From Candidatus Woesearchaeota archaeon (lineage in GTDB: Archaea > Nanobdellota > Nanobdellia > Woesearchaeales > GW2011-AR4): a stretch of DNA of 64,000 bases. This document shows positions 15,035-23,638 of this stretch, piece by piece. The DNA lies in assembly GCA_016181305.1 (NCBI GenBank), contig JACOZN010000010.1, forward strand, positions 1-64,000, read 5' to 3'. How positions within the stretch are numbered: position 1 is the stretch's first letter; each line of letters starts with the position of its first letter. The position numbers and the translations under genes were made by a program. The notes below the pieces were generated by a model that made no database searches, had not been told where the DNA came from, and was given only the letters and a program-made list of their open reading frames with translations.

Positions 15035-16006
15035 ATGAAACAAAGGCTGCTGAAAATTTTGGAGAATTTCAAGAACAAGAAAATACTTGTGATAGGCGAC
15101 ATAATGCTCGACAAGTACCTCTGGGGGGACGTGTCAAGGATAAGCCCCGAGGCGCCTGTACAGGTTGTGAATGTATTGGGGGAAACTTACGAGGCAGGGG
15201 GGGCTGCAAACGTCGCAAGCAACATTTCAGCGCTTACAGGAAAGGCTTTTATGGCCGGAATTGCGGGAAATGATGATGCAAAGGACATTTTATTGGGGGA
15301 ATTAAGCAGGAAGGGCATTAACACAGATGGCATTTTTCTTGACAAGGGCAAGCCCACCACGCAAAAAATAAGGATAATCGGCAAAAGCCAGCAGCTTCTA
15401 AGGGTGGACTACGAGAAGAAAGAGCACGTGCACAAGGAAATTGAAGATTCAATAATAAAATTCCTGGAAAGGACTATAAAGGACGTGGACGTTGTTGTGA
15501 TATCCGATTATGCAAAAGGTGTTATAACCCCGGATGTCTGCAGCAAAGCGATACGGCAGGCCAAAAGCAGCGGCAAAGCCATAATTGTAGACCCAAAGCC
15601 GAAGCACAAAAACCTGTATGAAAATGTAACTTTGATTACTCCAAATAATGCCGAGGCAAGCGAGATGACGGGAATAGAAGACGGCGACGAATCTGTGGCT
15701 GAAATGGGGGAAAAATTGGTGAAAACCCTTAACACAAATGTCTTGATAACAAGAGGCGAGAAAGGAATGTCCCTGTTCGGTCTGGACGGGAAAACCGCCA
15801 GCATACCTGCAAAGGCAAAGGAAGTCTACAGCCTTATAGGAGCCGGAGACACTGTTGTTGCGGCAATAGCGCTTGCAATAGCCTCAGGAGCCAGTTTGGA
15901 GGAGGCAGCCACCATATCCAACATTGCGGCAGGCATCAAGGTAGGGAAGATTGGGACTGCTTCTGTCAGCATCGAAGAGATAAAAATGGAAATTGAGAGC
16001 GTATGA
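15035..16006 (+). CDS. rfaE1: D-glycero-beta-D-manno-heptose-7-phosphate kinase (RfaE domain I / HldE kinase)
   Basis: 'LVIGDIMLDKYLWGDVSRISPEAPV', 'GGAANVA', 'SDYAKG', 'VDPK', 'GAGDTV'. Confidence 0.93.
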   Translation: MKQRLLKILENFKNKKILVIGDIMLDKYLWGDVSRISPEAPVQVVNVLGETYEAGGAANVASNISALTGKAFMAGIAGNDDAKDILLGELSRKGINTDGIFLDKGKPTTQKIRIIGKSQQLLRVDYEKKEHVHKEIEDSIIKFLERTIKDVDVVVISDYAKGVITPDVCSKAIRQAKSSGKAIIVDPKPKHKNLYENVTLITPNNAEASEMTGIEDGDESVAEMGEKLVKTLNTNVLITRGEKGMSLFGLDGKTASIPAKAKEVYSLIGAGDTVVAAIALAIASGASLEEAATISNIAAGIKVGKIGTASVSIEEIKMEIESV

Positions 16007-16533
16007 CATCGGCTGTTTTTGTTGACAGGGACGGCGTATTGGTTGAGGACAAGGGCTATGTCCACAAGCTAGAAGACTTCAGGATGATTCCAAATGCGGC
16101 TGAGGGGCTGAGGCTATTAGGAGGTTATAAGCTTTTTATCATAACAAACCAGGCCGGGCTTGGAAAAGGCATATTTACTATGGGAGATTTTAACAAGTTC
16201 AGCAGCCATCTGCTTAAGGAACTTGGAAAGCACAGCATTAAGATTGAAAAAATGTATTTTTGCCCCCACAAGCCCGAGGACAACTGCGAATGCAGGAAGC
16301 CAAAGACAAAGTTTTTGAAGGACGCCGAGATGGAATTTGGCATTAATTTGAAGAAGTCATTCGTCATAGGGGACAGGAAAAGCGATTTTGAGATGGGAAG
16401 AAGCATGGGATGCAGGACTATACACGTGCTTACCGGAGACGGAGTAAAGCACAAAAATGAGGTAACTCCCGATTATTTTGCAAAGGACTTGGTTGATGCC
16501 GCACAATGGATAATTGAAAATGACAAAAAATAA
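16003..16533 (+). CDS. gmhB: D,D-heptose-1,7-bisphosphate phosphatase
   Basis: HAD motif 'FVDRDGVL', 'ITNQAG', Zn-binding 'CPHKPEDNCECRKP', 'IGDRKSD'. Confidence 0.9.
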   Translation: MTSAVFVDRDGVLVEDKGYVHKLEDFRMIPNAAEGLRLLGGYKLFIITNQAGLGKGIFTMGDFNKFSSHLLKELGKHSIKIEKMYFCPHKPEDNCECRKPKTKFLKDAEMEFGINLKKSFVIGDRKSDFEMGRSMGCRTIHVLTGDGVKHKNEVTPDYFAKDLVDAAQWIIENDKK

Positions 16534-17005
16534 GATAAAAACAATCAGCCAGCTGGCCCATATATCCCTGAAACTTAAAAGGCAGAATAAGAAAATTGTC
16601 ACAACTAATGGTGTTTTTGACATACTGCACCTGGGGCACGTAAAATGCCTTGAAGCTGCAAAAAGGCTTGGTGATGTCCTGATTGTCGGGGTTAATACTG
16701 ACGCTTCAGTCAAAAAAATCAAAGGCGACAAAAGGCCGGTTAACGGCGAGAAATCAAGAATTGGGGTGCTGGCAGGGCTTGAAAGCGTTGACTATGTTTT
16801 TCTTTTTGGCGAAAAGGACCCAAGAAAATGGCTGGGCAAAATAAAGCCAAATGTCCATGCAAAGGCTGGCGACTATAAGCTGAATGAAATCATTGAAAAA
16901 GATGTTGTTGAGAAAAACGGGGGGAAGGTTGCATTGATTCCAGTGCTTAAAGGGCACTCAACAACCAGCTTGATAAATAAAATTCTAAAAGCCGAAAATC
17001 AATAG
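16514..17005 (+). CDS. rfaE2: D-glycero-beta-D-manno-heptose-1-phosphate nucleotidyltransferase (RfaE domain II)
   Basis: 'TNGVFDILHLGH', 'VGVNTDASV..KGDKRP', 'KAGDY', 'GHSTTSLI'. Confidence 0.93.
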   Translation: MKMTKNKIKTISQLAHISLKLKRQNKKIVTTNGVFDILHLGHVKCLEAAKRLGDVLIVGVNTDASVKKIKGDKRPVNGEKSRIGVLAGLESVDYVFLFGEKDPRKWLGKIKPNVHAKAGDYKLNEIIEKDVVEKNGGKVALIPVLKGHSTTSLINKILKAENQ

Positions 17006-17036
17006 TTTTTTAAACATTTTGGGGTTTTTCTTGTGT

Positions 17037-17735
17037 ATGCCAAAGCTGTCAGTTATAGTCCCTGTTTATAACGAGGAAAGGACAATCGCAAGGGTTATTG
17101 AAGAGGCAAAAAATACAGAAATAAAAGGCATGGCAAAAGAGATTATTGCAGTTGATGACTTTTCAACAGACAACACAAGGGAAATGCTGAGAAGGGCAAA
17201 AGGCAAGCATGTAAAAATCCTCTTCCATAAAAAGAACATGGGAAAGGGCGCTGCGGTTAAAACAGGCATCAGCAACTCAACAGGCGACATTATACTTATC
17301 CAGGATGCTGACCTGGAGTACAGCCCAAAGGAATACGGCAGGCTGCTTGAGCCGATAATAAACGGAAATGCGGATGTTGTTTACGGCTCAAGGATAAATG
17401 CCATAAGGAAGAACCTCAAAAAAATGTACAAGCTCCACTATATCGGGAACGTGCTTTTGACGCTGCTGACTAATTTGCTTTACAATGCCAATATAACTGA
17501 CATGGAAACAGGATACAAGGTTTTCAGGAAGGAAGCTGTAAACGGCATAAATTTAAGGGCAAGAAGGTTTGACTTCGAGCCTGAGATAACAGCCAAGCTG
17601 CTCAAGAAAGGCTATAAGATACATGAAGTGCCGATAAACTTTTTCGGGAGAAAATTCAGCGAGGGCAAAAAGATAACATGGATTGACGGGCTCAAGGCAA
17701 TATACTACCTTTTCAAATACAGGTTTGCTGATTAA
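17037..17735 (+). CDS. GT2 glycosyltransferase, polyprenol-phosphate sugar synthase-like
   Basis: 'VIVPVYNEE', 'VDDFSTD', 'GKGAAV', 'QDADLEYSP', 'DMETGYK', 'FDFEPEIT'. Confidence 0.9.
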   Translation: MPKLSVIVPVYNEERTIARVIEEAKNTEIKGMAKEIIAVDDFSTDNTREMLRRAKGKHVKILFHKKNMGKGAAVKTGISNSTGDIILIQDADLEYSPKEYGRLLEPIINGNADVVYGSRINAIRKNLKKMYKLHYIGNVLLTLLTNLLYNANITDMETGYKVFRKEAVNGINLRARRFDFEPEITAKLLKKGYKIHEVPINFFGRKFSEGKKITWIDGLKAIYYLFKYRFAD

Positions 17736-17736
17736 A

Positions 17737-18459
17737 ATGAAGCCGGACATCACAATGTTTTTTCCAGCATATAACGAGGCGGAAAACATCCCAAAATTGG
17801 CCGAGTCTGCGGAAAAAGTCCTGAAGAAAGCTGCAAATAATTACGAGATTCTTGTTGTTGTATATGAAGGCTCGACAGACGGCACGATAGATGTGGTGAA
17901 AGGGCTGGCAAAAAGAAGCAAAAAAATAAGGCTGGTTGTGCAGCCAAGGGACAGGAAGGGAATAGGGTATGCAAATATTATGGGCTTTAAAAATGCGAGA
18001 TATCCGTACATATTTTATGCTGATGCCGACAACCAGTTTGACCTTGGCGAGTTCAGGAAATTTGTGCCTTACATAGGCAAGTACGACATTATAGCCGGGT
18101 ACAGGATAAACAGGCAGGATCCGCTGATGAGGATAGCAGTGTCAAGAATCTACAATGCCATTATGCGGCTTTTGTTTAACGTGAAAGAGCGCGACCTGGA
18201 TTGCGCGTTTCGCCTGGTGAGCAAAAGGGTTATTGACAGCATCAGCCTTAAATGCCGCACAGGGGTTGCAACAACAGAGCTTTTGGCAAAGGCAAGGGCA
18301 ATAGGCTTTAAGATAAAGGAAATCGGGGTGGGGCACTACCCGAGGAGATTCGGGCAGCCTGTGTTTGAAGGCAGGTTTCTGAATTTGCCGAAGCCAAGAG
18401 TCGTCATAGACCTGCTGAAGGAAATAAGAATGCTTTACAGGGATTTGGAGCAAAAATGA
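17737..18459 (+). CDS. GT2 glycosyltransferase, polyprenol-phosphate sugar synthase-like
   Basis: Likely start ATG 17737. 'FFPAYNEAEN', 'EGSTDGT', 'DADNQFD', 'DLDCAFRL'. Confidence 0.88.
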   Translation: MKPDITMFFPAYNEAENIPKLAESAEKVLKKAANNYEILVVVYEGSTDGTIDVVKGLAKRSKKIRLVVQPRDRKGIGYANIMGFKNARYPYIFYADADNQFDLGEFRKFVPYIGKYDIIAGYRINRQDPLMRIAVSRIYNAIMRLLFNVKERDLDCAFRLVSKRVIDSISLKCRTGVATTELLAKARAIGFKIKEIGVGHYPRRFGQPVFEGRFLNLPKPRVVIDLLKEIRMLYRDLEQK

Positions 18460-19160
18460 GGTACTCCATTGTGATACCTGCACATAACGAATCTGAAAAT
18501 CTGGTGAGGCTGCTGAAAAGCGCCTGTTCTGCACTGCAAAAAACAAATGAAAAATTTGAGATTATAGCTGTAAATGACAACAGCACTGACGACAGCCTTG
18601 AAATGCTGAAAAGCCTGAAAAGGCAGATAAAAGAGGTTGTAATTGTAAACAGGACAAAAAACCCAGGGGTCGGCTATGCAATAAGGGAAGGGCTTGGCAA
18701 TGCAAAAGGCGATGTGATTATAACAATGGACGGCGACTTGAGCCATGACCCTTCTGAAATTCCAAAATTTCTTGGGCTTCTTAACGGCTATGACATGGTT
18801 TGCGGCTCAAGATACATAAAAGGCGGAAAAGCTGACATGGCTTTGGGCAGGGTTGTGATAAGCGGCTTGTTCAACTTTGTTTTCAGGGTTCTTATAGGGC
18901 TTCCAATCAGGGATTTCACATCAGGATACAGGGCATACAAAAGGGAAGTTGTAAAAAAAATAAGGCTGAAAAGCAAGACATTCGGCATTTACATAGAAAT
19001 TCCCATAAAGGCGCACCTTGCAGGGTTCAGGCTTGCAGAGATTCCCATAAGCTATCATAAAAGGGAATTTGGCAAGTCAAACTTGAACTATTTCAGGCAG
19101 GGTCCTGAGTATTTCAAGGTTATTTTTGAGGCGCTGAGAATGAAGTTTTTTTGGAAGTGA
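18456..19160 (+). CDS. GT2 glycosyltransferase, dolichol-phosphate mannose synthase-like
   Basis: 'IPAHNE', 'NDNSTD', 'MDGDLSHDP', 'CGSRYIKGG', 'DFTSGYRAY', 'GKSNL'. Confidence 0.9.
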   Translation: MRYSIVIPAHNESENLVRLLKSACSALQKTNEKFEIIAVNDNSTDDSLEMLKSLKRQIKEVVIVNRTKNPGVGYAIREGLGNAKGDVIITMDGDLSHDPSEIPKFLGLLNGYDMVCGSRYIKGGKADMALGRVVISGLFNFVFRVLIGLPIRDFTSGYRAYKREVVKKIRLKSKTFGIYIEIPIKAHLAGFRLAEIPISYHKREFGKSNLNYFRQGPEYFKVIFEALRMKFFWK

Positions 19161-20780
19161 TTATTCTTTTACAAAAACAAATCCTTTATCAGTCTGCTGC
19201 CATTTGCCTTTGACATCGTAAACAAGCCACGAATACCCAATGTAATCGACTGGCTCAAAGTTCTGCTTGAGCCATTGGTAGCAAACCCATTTCTGGAACT
19301 GGAGGCTGTTTGCAGGGACAAGTATTCTGCCTGTGACAGGCTGGCATCCCGGATCAACCAAAACATCTTTATTTTTTTGCACGTATTTTTTTACCGAGTC
19401 CAAGTCCTGCTCCCAATCCAGATTGGAGTCGATTGTGTACTTGTAGCCGTTTTTCACGCCTGTGAATTCGTTGAAATAGGCAAGATGGTGGGGGAACACA
19501 AGCAAAGAGCTTGCCAAGTACCATAAAGCCGAGGCTGCTATTAATGCTGTTACAATTTTATTTTTTGGGATGCCCTCTTTCAGTATCCTGGCTGAAAAGA
19601 GGCAAAGCAAAGGATAGGCTGAAAGCACGTGCCTGTAGCCTATGGCGAGCTTGCTGAAAAAAGTAAGCATGAAAAGTATAAGGAAAATGTATGAAATCAT
19701 GAATATCTCCGGGATTGTGAGCTTCCTGAAATATAAAAACCCCAAAAAGATGAGAACAAAAATTGCAATCGGTGTTTTTATCAACAGGTGCAGGATGTAA
19801 TAGCTCCTGAATCTCTCTGCAATTTTCCCCCAGAAGAAAAATCCCCTTACTTCGTCCTTTGCCTGCCACTGGGCCTGGTCGTGCCCCAGCACATACTGCT
19901 TTGGCAACGGGATTGGAACCCAATTGACTAGATTATTTTCATAAAGATTCCTGAAAGCGGAGCTCATGAATTCCTGCTTGCTGTATTTGCTTAACGGCGT
20001 GAAAGTGCCCTTGAAAAGGTATGCCGTGTTTATTATCAGCAAGCCTATTACAAAAACAATAAATAAAGACAGAACGATATCGGATATTTTTTTTGTATTT
20101 TTATTCTGAAAATTAAACAAAAAATTTGCATTAAAATCCCTGAAAAAATAAATCATTAGGCAGTACAGGATAAATGCCGGGATTAAAAAAACTGAAAGCA
20201 TTTTGGTTATTTGCGCCAAACCAAAGCCTATTCCAGCGATAACAAGATTTTTCTTTGTTGGGTTGCTGATGTACTTCCAGAAAGTGTACATTGAAAGGAA
20301 AATAAACAAAGCTCCCCCAATGTCTGCTGTGACAAGGCTTCCAAAAGCCAGCATGTTTGGAGAAAATGAGTACAAAAACAATGCAAAAAGCCCTGCCTTC
20401 ATCCCATACAAGTCCCTTGCCCAGAGAAAGACAAAATAGCCGAGCAAAACCATGAAGAGCAATGGGATGAGCCTTGCTATAATGAGGAGATTTTTTGGGA
20501 ATAAGCCGGGCTTGCTGTTGATATAATCAATTTGCGTGCCCTTGTCAAAATCAATGAACTTGCTTTTGTCCTTGACGAACAATAAAGGCAAAGCAGCCAA
20601 AGTCGCAGTCAAGGGAGGGTTGTTTATTCCAATGTCCCAAATGCCTGTCGTAAGGTAGCGATAGCCTGAATTAAGATGAAAGGTTACCTCGTCAATTGTC
20701 CTGGATTTAGTAACGGCAATATAAAGCCCTTGCACAAAAACCAAAAAAAGCAATAATGCCACTATGTGTTTTGATTTCAT
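19161..20780 (-). CDS. GT-C fold membrane glycosyltransferase (ArnT/PMT-like)
   Basis: 'TIDEVTFH', 'NNPPL', 'ALFLYSFSP', 'TADIG', 'TK', 'DSNLDWEQDL'; about 11 TM helices. Confidence 0.8.
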   Translation of the reverse strand: MKSKHIVALLLFLVFVQGLYIAVTKSRTIDEVTFHLNSGYRYLTTGIWDIGINNPPLTATLAALPLLFVKDKSKFIDFDKGTQIDYINSKPGLFPKNLLIIARLIPLLFMVLLGYFVFLWARDLYGMKAGLFALFLYSFSPNMLAFGSLVTADIGGALFIFLSMYTFWKYISNPTKKNLVIAGIGFGLAQITKMLSVFLIPAFILYCLMIYFFRDFNANFLFNFQNKNTKKISDIVLSLFIVFVIGLLIINTAYLFKGTFTPLSKYSKQEFMSSAFRNLYENNLVNWVPIPLPKQYVLGHDQAQWQAKDEVRGFFFWGKIAERFRSYYILHLLIKTPIAIFVLIFLGFLYFRKLTIPEIFMISYIFLILFMLTFFSKLAIGYRHVLSAYPLLCLFSARILKEGIPKNKIVTALIAASALWYLASSLLVFPHHLAYFNEFTGVKNGYKYTIDSNLDWEQDLDSVKKYVQKNKDVLVDPGCQPVTGRILVPANSLQFQKWVCYQWLKQNFEPVDYIGYSWLVYDVKGKWQQTDKGFVFVKE

Positions 20781-20782
20781 TT

Positions 20783-23113
20783 TTAAATCGTTATGGTTAA
20801 GTTTTTTGAATCACTTAAAGTATTGTTTTTGGTGGTAGCATTAACATTGAACACCCCAGATGCCGTGAAATTATAATCAATATAAATAAACATCTGCTCG
20901 CTCGGCTGCAATATGCTGTTTGAAGTGGCATTTATGACATTGCTGTTTTTAGTGTCAAAAGTCCAGTTGACTCCTGTCAAATTTGTGTTTAAGGAATTTC
21001 TAATTATAAACTCGAAGATTCTTTTGCTGCCTGATTCATTTACAACGCTTAAATTATAAGCCTGTATATGCTTTATGTCTAGTGTTATGGTTTTAGAATC
21101 TGAATATGTTTGGTTTGTAACAGAAGCAATGGGGTTGAATGTTCCGGTTTTGCCATAGTCATAGTTTACAAATATGAATACTGTTTCATTCGGCTTTATA
21201 GAGGTGAATTGCTGGGTTGAGTTTATGATGCTCCCCTCTGCTGTTGTCAATGACCAGTTTACATTTGTTAGGTTTTGCAGCAGATTATTTTGAGCCTGTA
21301 TTTCAAATATTACATTGGTTACATCAATGTTAGCAGCGCTGAAGCTTGTTATTGCCAAATCTCCTACACCAACAGTAGAACTCAAAGAAGATGATATTGT
21401 TGTAGACTGGCTTAATCCAGTTGCATTTGCCTTTACATTGTAGCTGCCTTCATCAGAGAAGTTGTATTGCAAGTAAACAAATGCTCTTTCTCCTGAGGCC
21501 ATAGAGCTTATGTTTGAAGTGCTGTTAATTACATAACTGTTATTTGTATCAAACCACCATTGAACATCTGTAACTGCTGTATCTCCATCGTTCAAAATAA
21601 CAAATTCAAAGATTTTTAATGTTCCATTGGTGTACATTGCGGTTATTGATTCTATAGCCAAAGAAACAACTGTTGGAGGAGTGTTCTGCGCAATGTTGTT
21701 GCTTTCATTGCTTTCATCAACCAGATTGTCAAAGTCAGCAATAGCTGTGAATAGAGAAGTATTTGAGCTATTTGTTGCATTAAATCTATAAGTTATATTT
21801 TCACCAGCACTTAAAAATGCCAAGCTTCTGTTATTGTTATAAGTGATATTGTCAAATACTTCCAAAAATACATTAAATGCTGGAACATTGCCTATATTAC
21901 TTAAATTGATAGTTACATTGGTTGTATTAGTTGTTTGGTTAAATATAATCTCTATAGCTACTTTTAAATCCGGCAATGGCGGCCTTTCGTAATCAGTGTA
22001 AAAGCTCTGGTTTGTAGTGTAAGCATTAAAGATTATATCCTTTGTGTCATTGCCTATGGCAAGCTTTGCAAAGCTTAATACATAAGGACCATTAATTTTA
22101 GTTTTATAGATTTCAGAGCCGTTAATCAAGGTTTGAACTGTCTGATTTCCTAAGGCTAAAGTTTGGGTTTTATTAAGACTTATAACAAAGTTATTGAATT
22201 GGTCATATAAATCGTAAGTTATGTTATAAGTGTCTGCTATTTTGACATTTATAGTAAAGTTGATTTCTAAGAATTCTGACAAGTTGTTAGCATTTGTGTC
22301 TAGTCTACTGTCTGTAATAGATTTAATGTAAGAAGTTTTTGCAAAATCTTCATAGTTATAAATTGAAGTATTTTGATTAAAATCAAATATTTTGTTGCCA
22401 ATAACAATAGTATCTATAGTGAAATTGCTACTATAATGAGTGCTTTTTATTGTTTCATTATCAAAGTCTATGGAAACTACTTGAAAGCCATTGATTAATG
22501 ATTTTTCTTCAGTTTTTGATATTTTTGATGAGTTATAAGCTAAGGTGACGGTTATGTTTGTGGTTATCACTTGAGTTGAATTTATTGTTAAATTAATTCT
22601 GATAAAATTGTTATTTATATTTTCATCTGTTATTTTGGTTATGTTTGTACCTGCTTCGTAATTCAAATAAGTATTTGTTTCAGTTTTATATTTTCTGAAT
22701 ATCAAAGTTCCATTAATATCATTAATTGTTAAAGTATAATTAAACTTATTTTGTGATAAAATTTCTGTACTAAAACTGATAATAGCGTAATTGTTTGTTG
22801 AATTAATGTAGGTTGTAGTATCATTAATTAAAATTATATTTTTATCTATTATTTCTACAATAAAAGTATAATTATCTGAAGTTGCATTATTAGTTGTTAT
22901 ATTTATTATTAGCGTGTCGTTTAAGCCATTGCTATTTTTATCAATCATATAGTCTGTCTGATTAGTGACATTTAAGTTTCCATTGTAGTAGTTATAATCA
23001 AATGAGTCTATAAGTTGTTGAACGGTCATGTTAGCTGCTGAAACTGCTTGTATAGTTATAAATAAGACAATTAAGTACAATATTGGCTTTATTAATTTAT
23101 TAATCATTCTCAA
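20783..23113 (-). CDS. Secreted Asn/Thr-rich surface protein with CARDB-like domains and three C-terminal repeats
   Basis: Signal peptide. 'PDLKV...NIGN...ADFDNLVDESNESNN' CARDB motif. Three 'IFE..I.N.....T.V.W.FDT....VINST' repeats. Confidence 0.75.
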   Translation of the reverse strand: MRMINKLIKPILYLIVLFITIQAVSAANMTVQQLIDSFDYNYYNGNLNVTNQTDYMIDKNSNGLNDTLIINITTNNATSDNYTFIVEIIDKNIILINDTTTYINSTNNYAIISFSTEILSQNKFNYTLTINDINGTLIFRKYKTETNTYLNYEAGTNITKITDENINNNFIRINLTINSTQVITTNITVTLAYNSSKISKTEEKSLINGFQVVSIDFDNETIKSTHYSSNFTIDTIVIGNKIFDFNQNTSIYNYEDFAKTSYIKSITDSRLDTNANNLSEFLEINFTINVKIADTYNITYDLYDQFNNFVISLNKTQTLALGNQTVQTLINGSEIYKTKINGPYVLSFAKLAIGNDTKDIIFNAYTTNQSFYTDYERPPLPDLKVAIEIIFNQTTNTTNVTINLSNIGNVPAFNVFLEVFDNITYNNNRSLAFLSAGENITYRFNATNSSNTSLFTAIADFDNLVDESNESNNIAQNTPPTVVSLAIESITAMYTNGTLKIFEFVILNDGDTAVTDVQWWFDTNNSYVINSTSNISSMASGERAFVYLQYNFSDEGSYNVKANATGLSQSTTISSSLSSTVGVGDLAITSFSAANIDVTNVIFEIQAQNNLLQNLTNVNWSLTTAEGSIINSTQQFTSIKPNETVFIFVNYDYGKTGTFNPIASVTNQTYSDSKTITLDIKHIQAYNLSVVNESGSKRIFEFIIRNSLNTNLTGVNWTFDTKNSNVINATSNSILQPSEQMFIYIDYNFTASGVFNVNATTKNNTLSDSKNLTITI

Positions 23114-23304
23114 ATAGTCTCGTCTGCTTTATCGTATCCTGTATTAACTTCCAGATAAGCCGGAATTGGTTTCTGAATAAAAGGTCTCAAAACATAATTG
23201 TTTGTTTTTGGCTCTGATGTCTGGTTGTTGGGGATTCTTTGATTGATCAATCTATTGTAAAGTAAATAGATTTTCTGTTTTTTGATGAAGTTTTTGGCTT
23301 TCAT
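23110..23304 (-). pseudogene. Short ORF/relic containing a copy of an internal segment of the 1504-aa protein
   Basis: 23126-23229 is colinear with 25254-25357 (18 mismatches in 104 nt). Encodes NNQTSEPKTNNYVLRPFI...YLEVNTGYDKAD. Confidence 0.7.
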
Positions 23305-23307
23305 TTT

Positions 23308-23634
23308 TTAACCCCACTTAAAGGGTATCAAAATTACCAATCCTAAAAAAAACTGAAAAAGTGATAATAGTAGTAAAGTCAAGATTAAGATAATGTATAT
23401 AACAAATAAAAATCCACTAAAAAATATACTAATTTTTCTTAATTTATATTCAAAACATGATATTAATATAATCAATAAAGATAAGTTCAAATTAAATGGA
23501 AATTGGTTTAACAAAACTCTAGTCTCTAAATAAATTATTAATAGTGGTAAACCGCCTAATAATAATACTAATAAAAAATTAAATTTAATAGTATCAACCA
23601 AAGAATTCTTTTTTATTTTTTTTATTAATTCCAT
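23308..23634 (-). CDS. Small, very AT-rich three-TM membrane protein
   Basis: 108-aa hydrophobic ORF starting 4 nt after the stop of the 1504-aa gene. Confidence 0.6.
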   Translation of the reverse strand: MELIKKIKKNSLVDTIKFNFLLVLLLGGLPLLIIYLETRVLLNQFPFNLNLSLLIILISCFEYKLRKISIFFSGFLFVIYIILILTLLLLSLFQFFLGLVILIPFKWG

Positions 23635-23638
23635 TTTT

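Noticed and set aside
10638-17005. Bacterial LPS core locus, implying a bacterial contig
   Set aside because: No lipid A or Kdo genes. AglB, TATA/BRE promoters and BHB tRNA introns indicate an archaeon.
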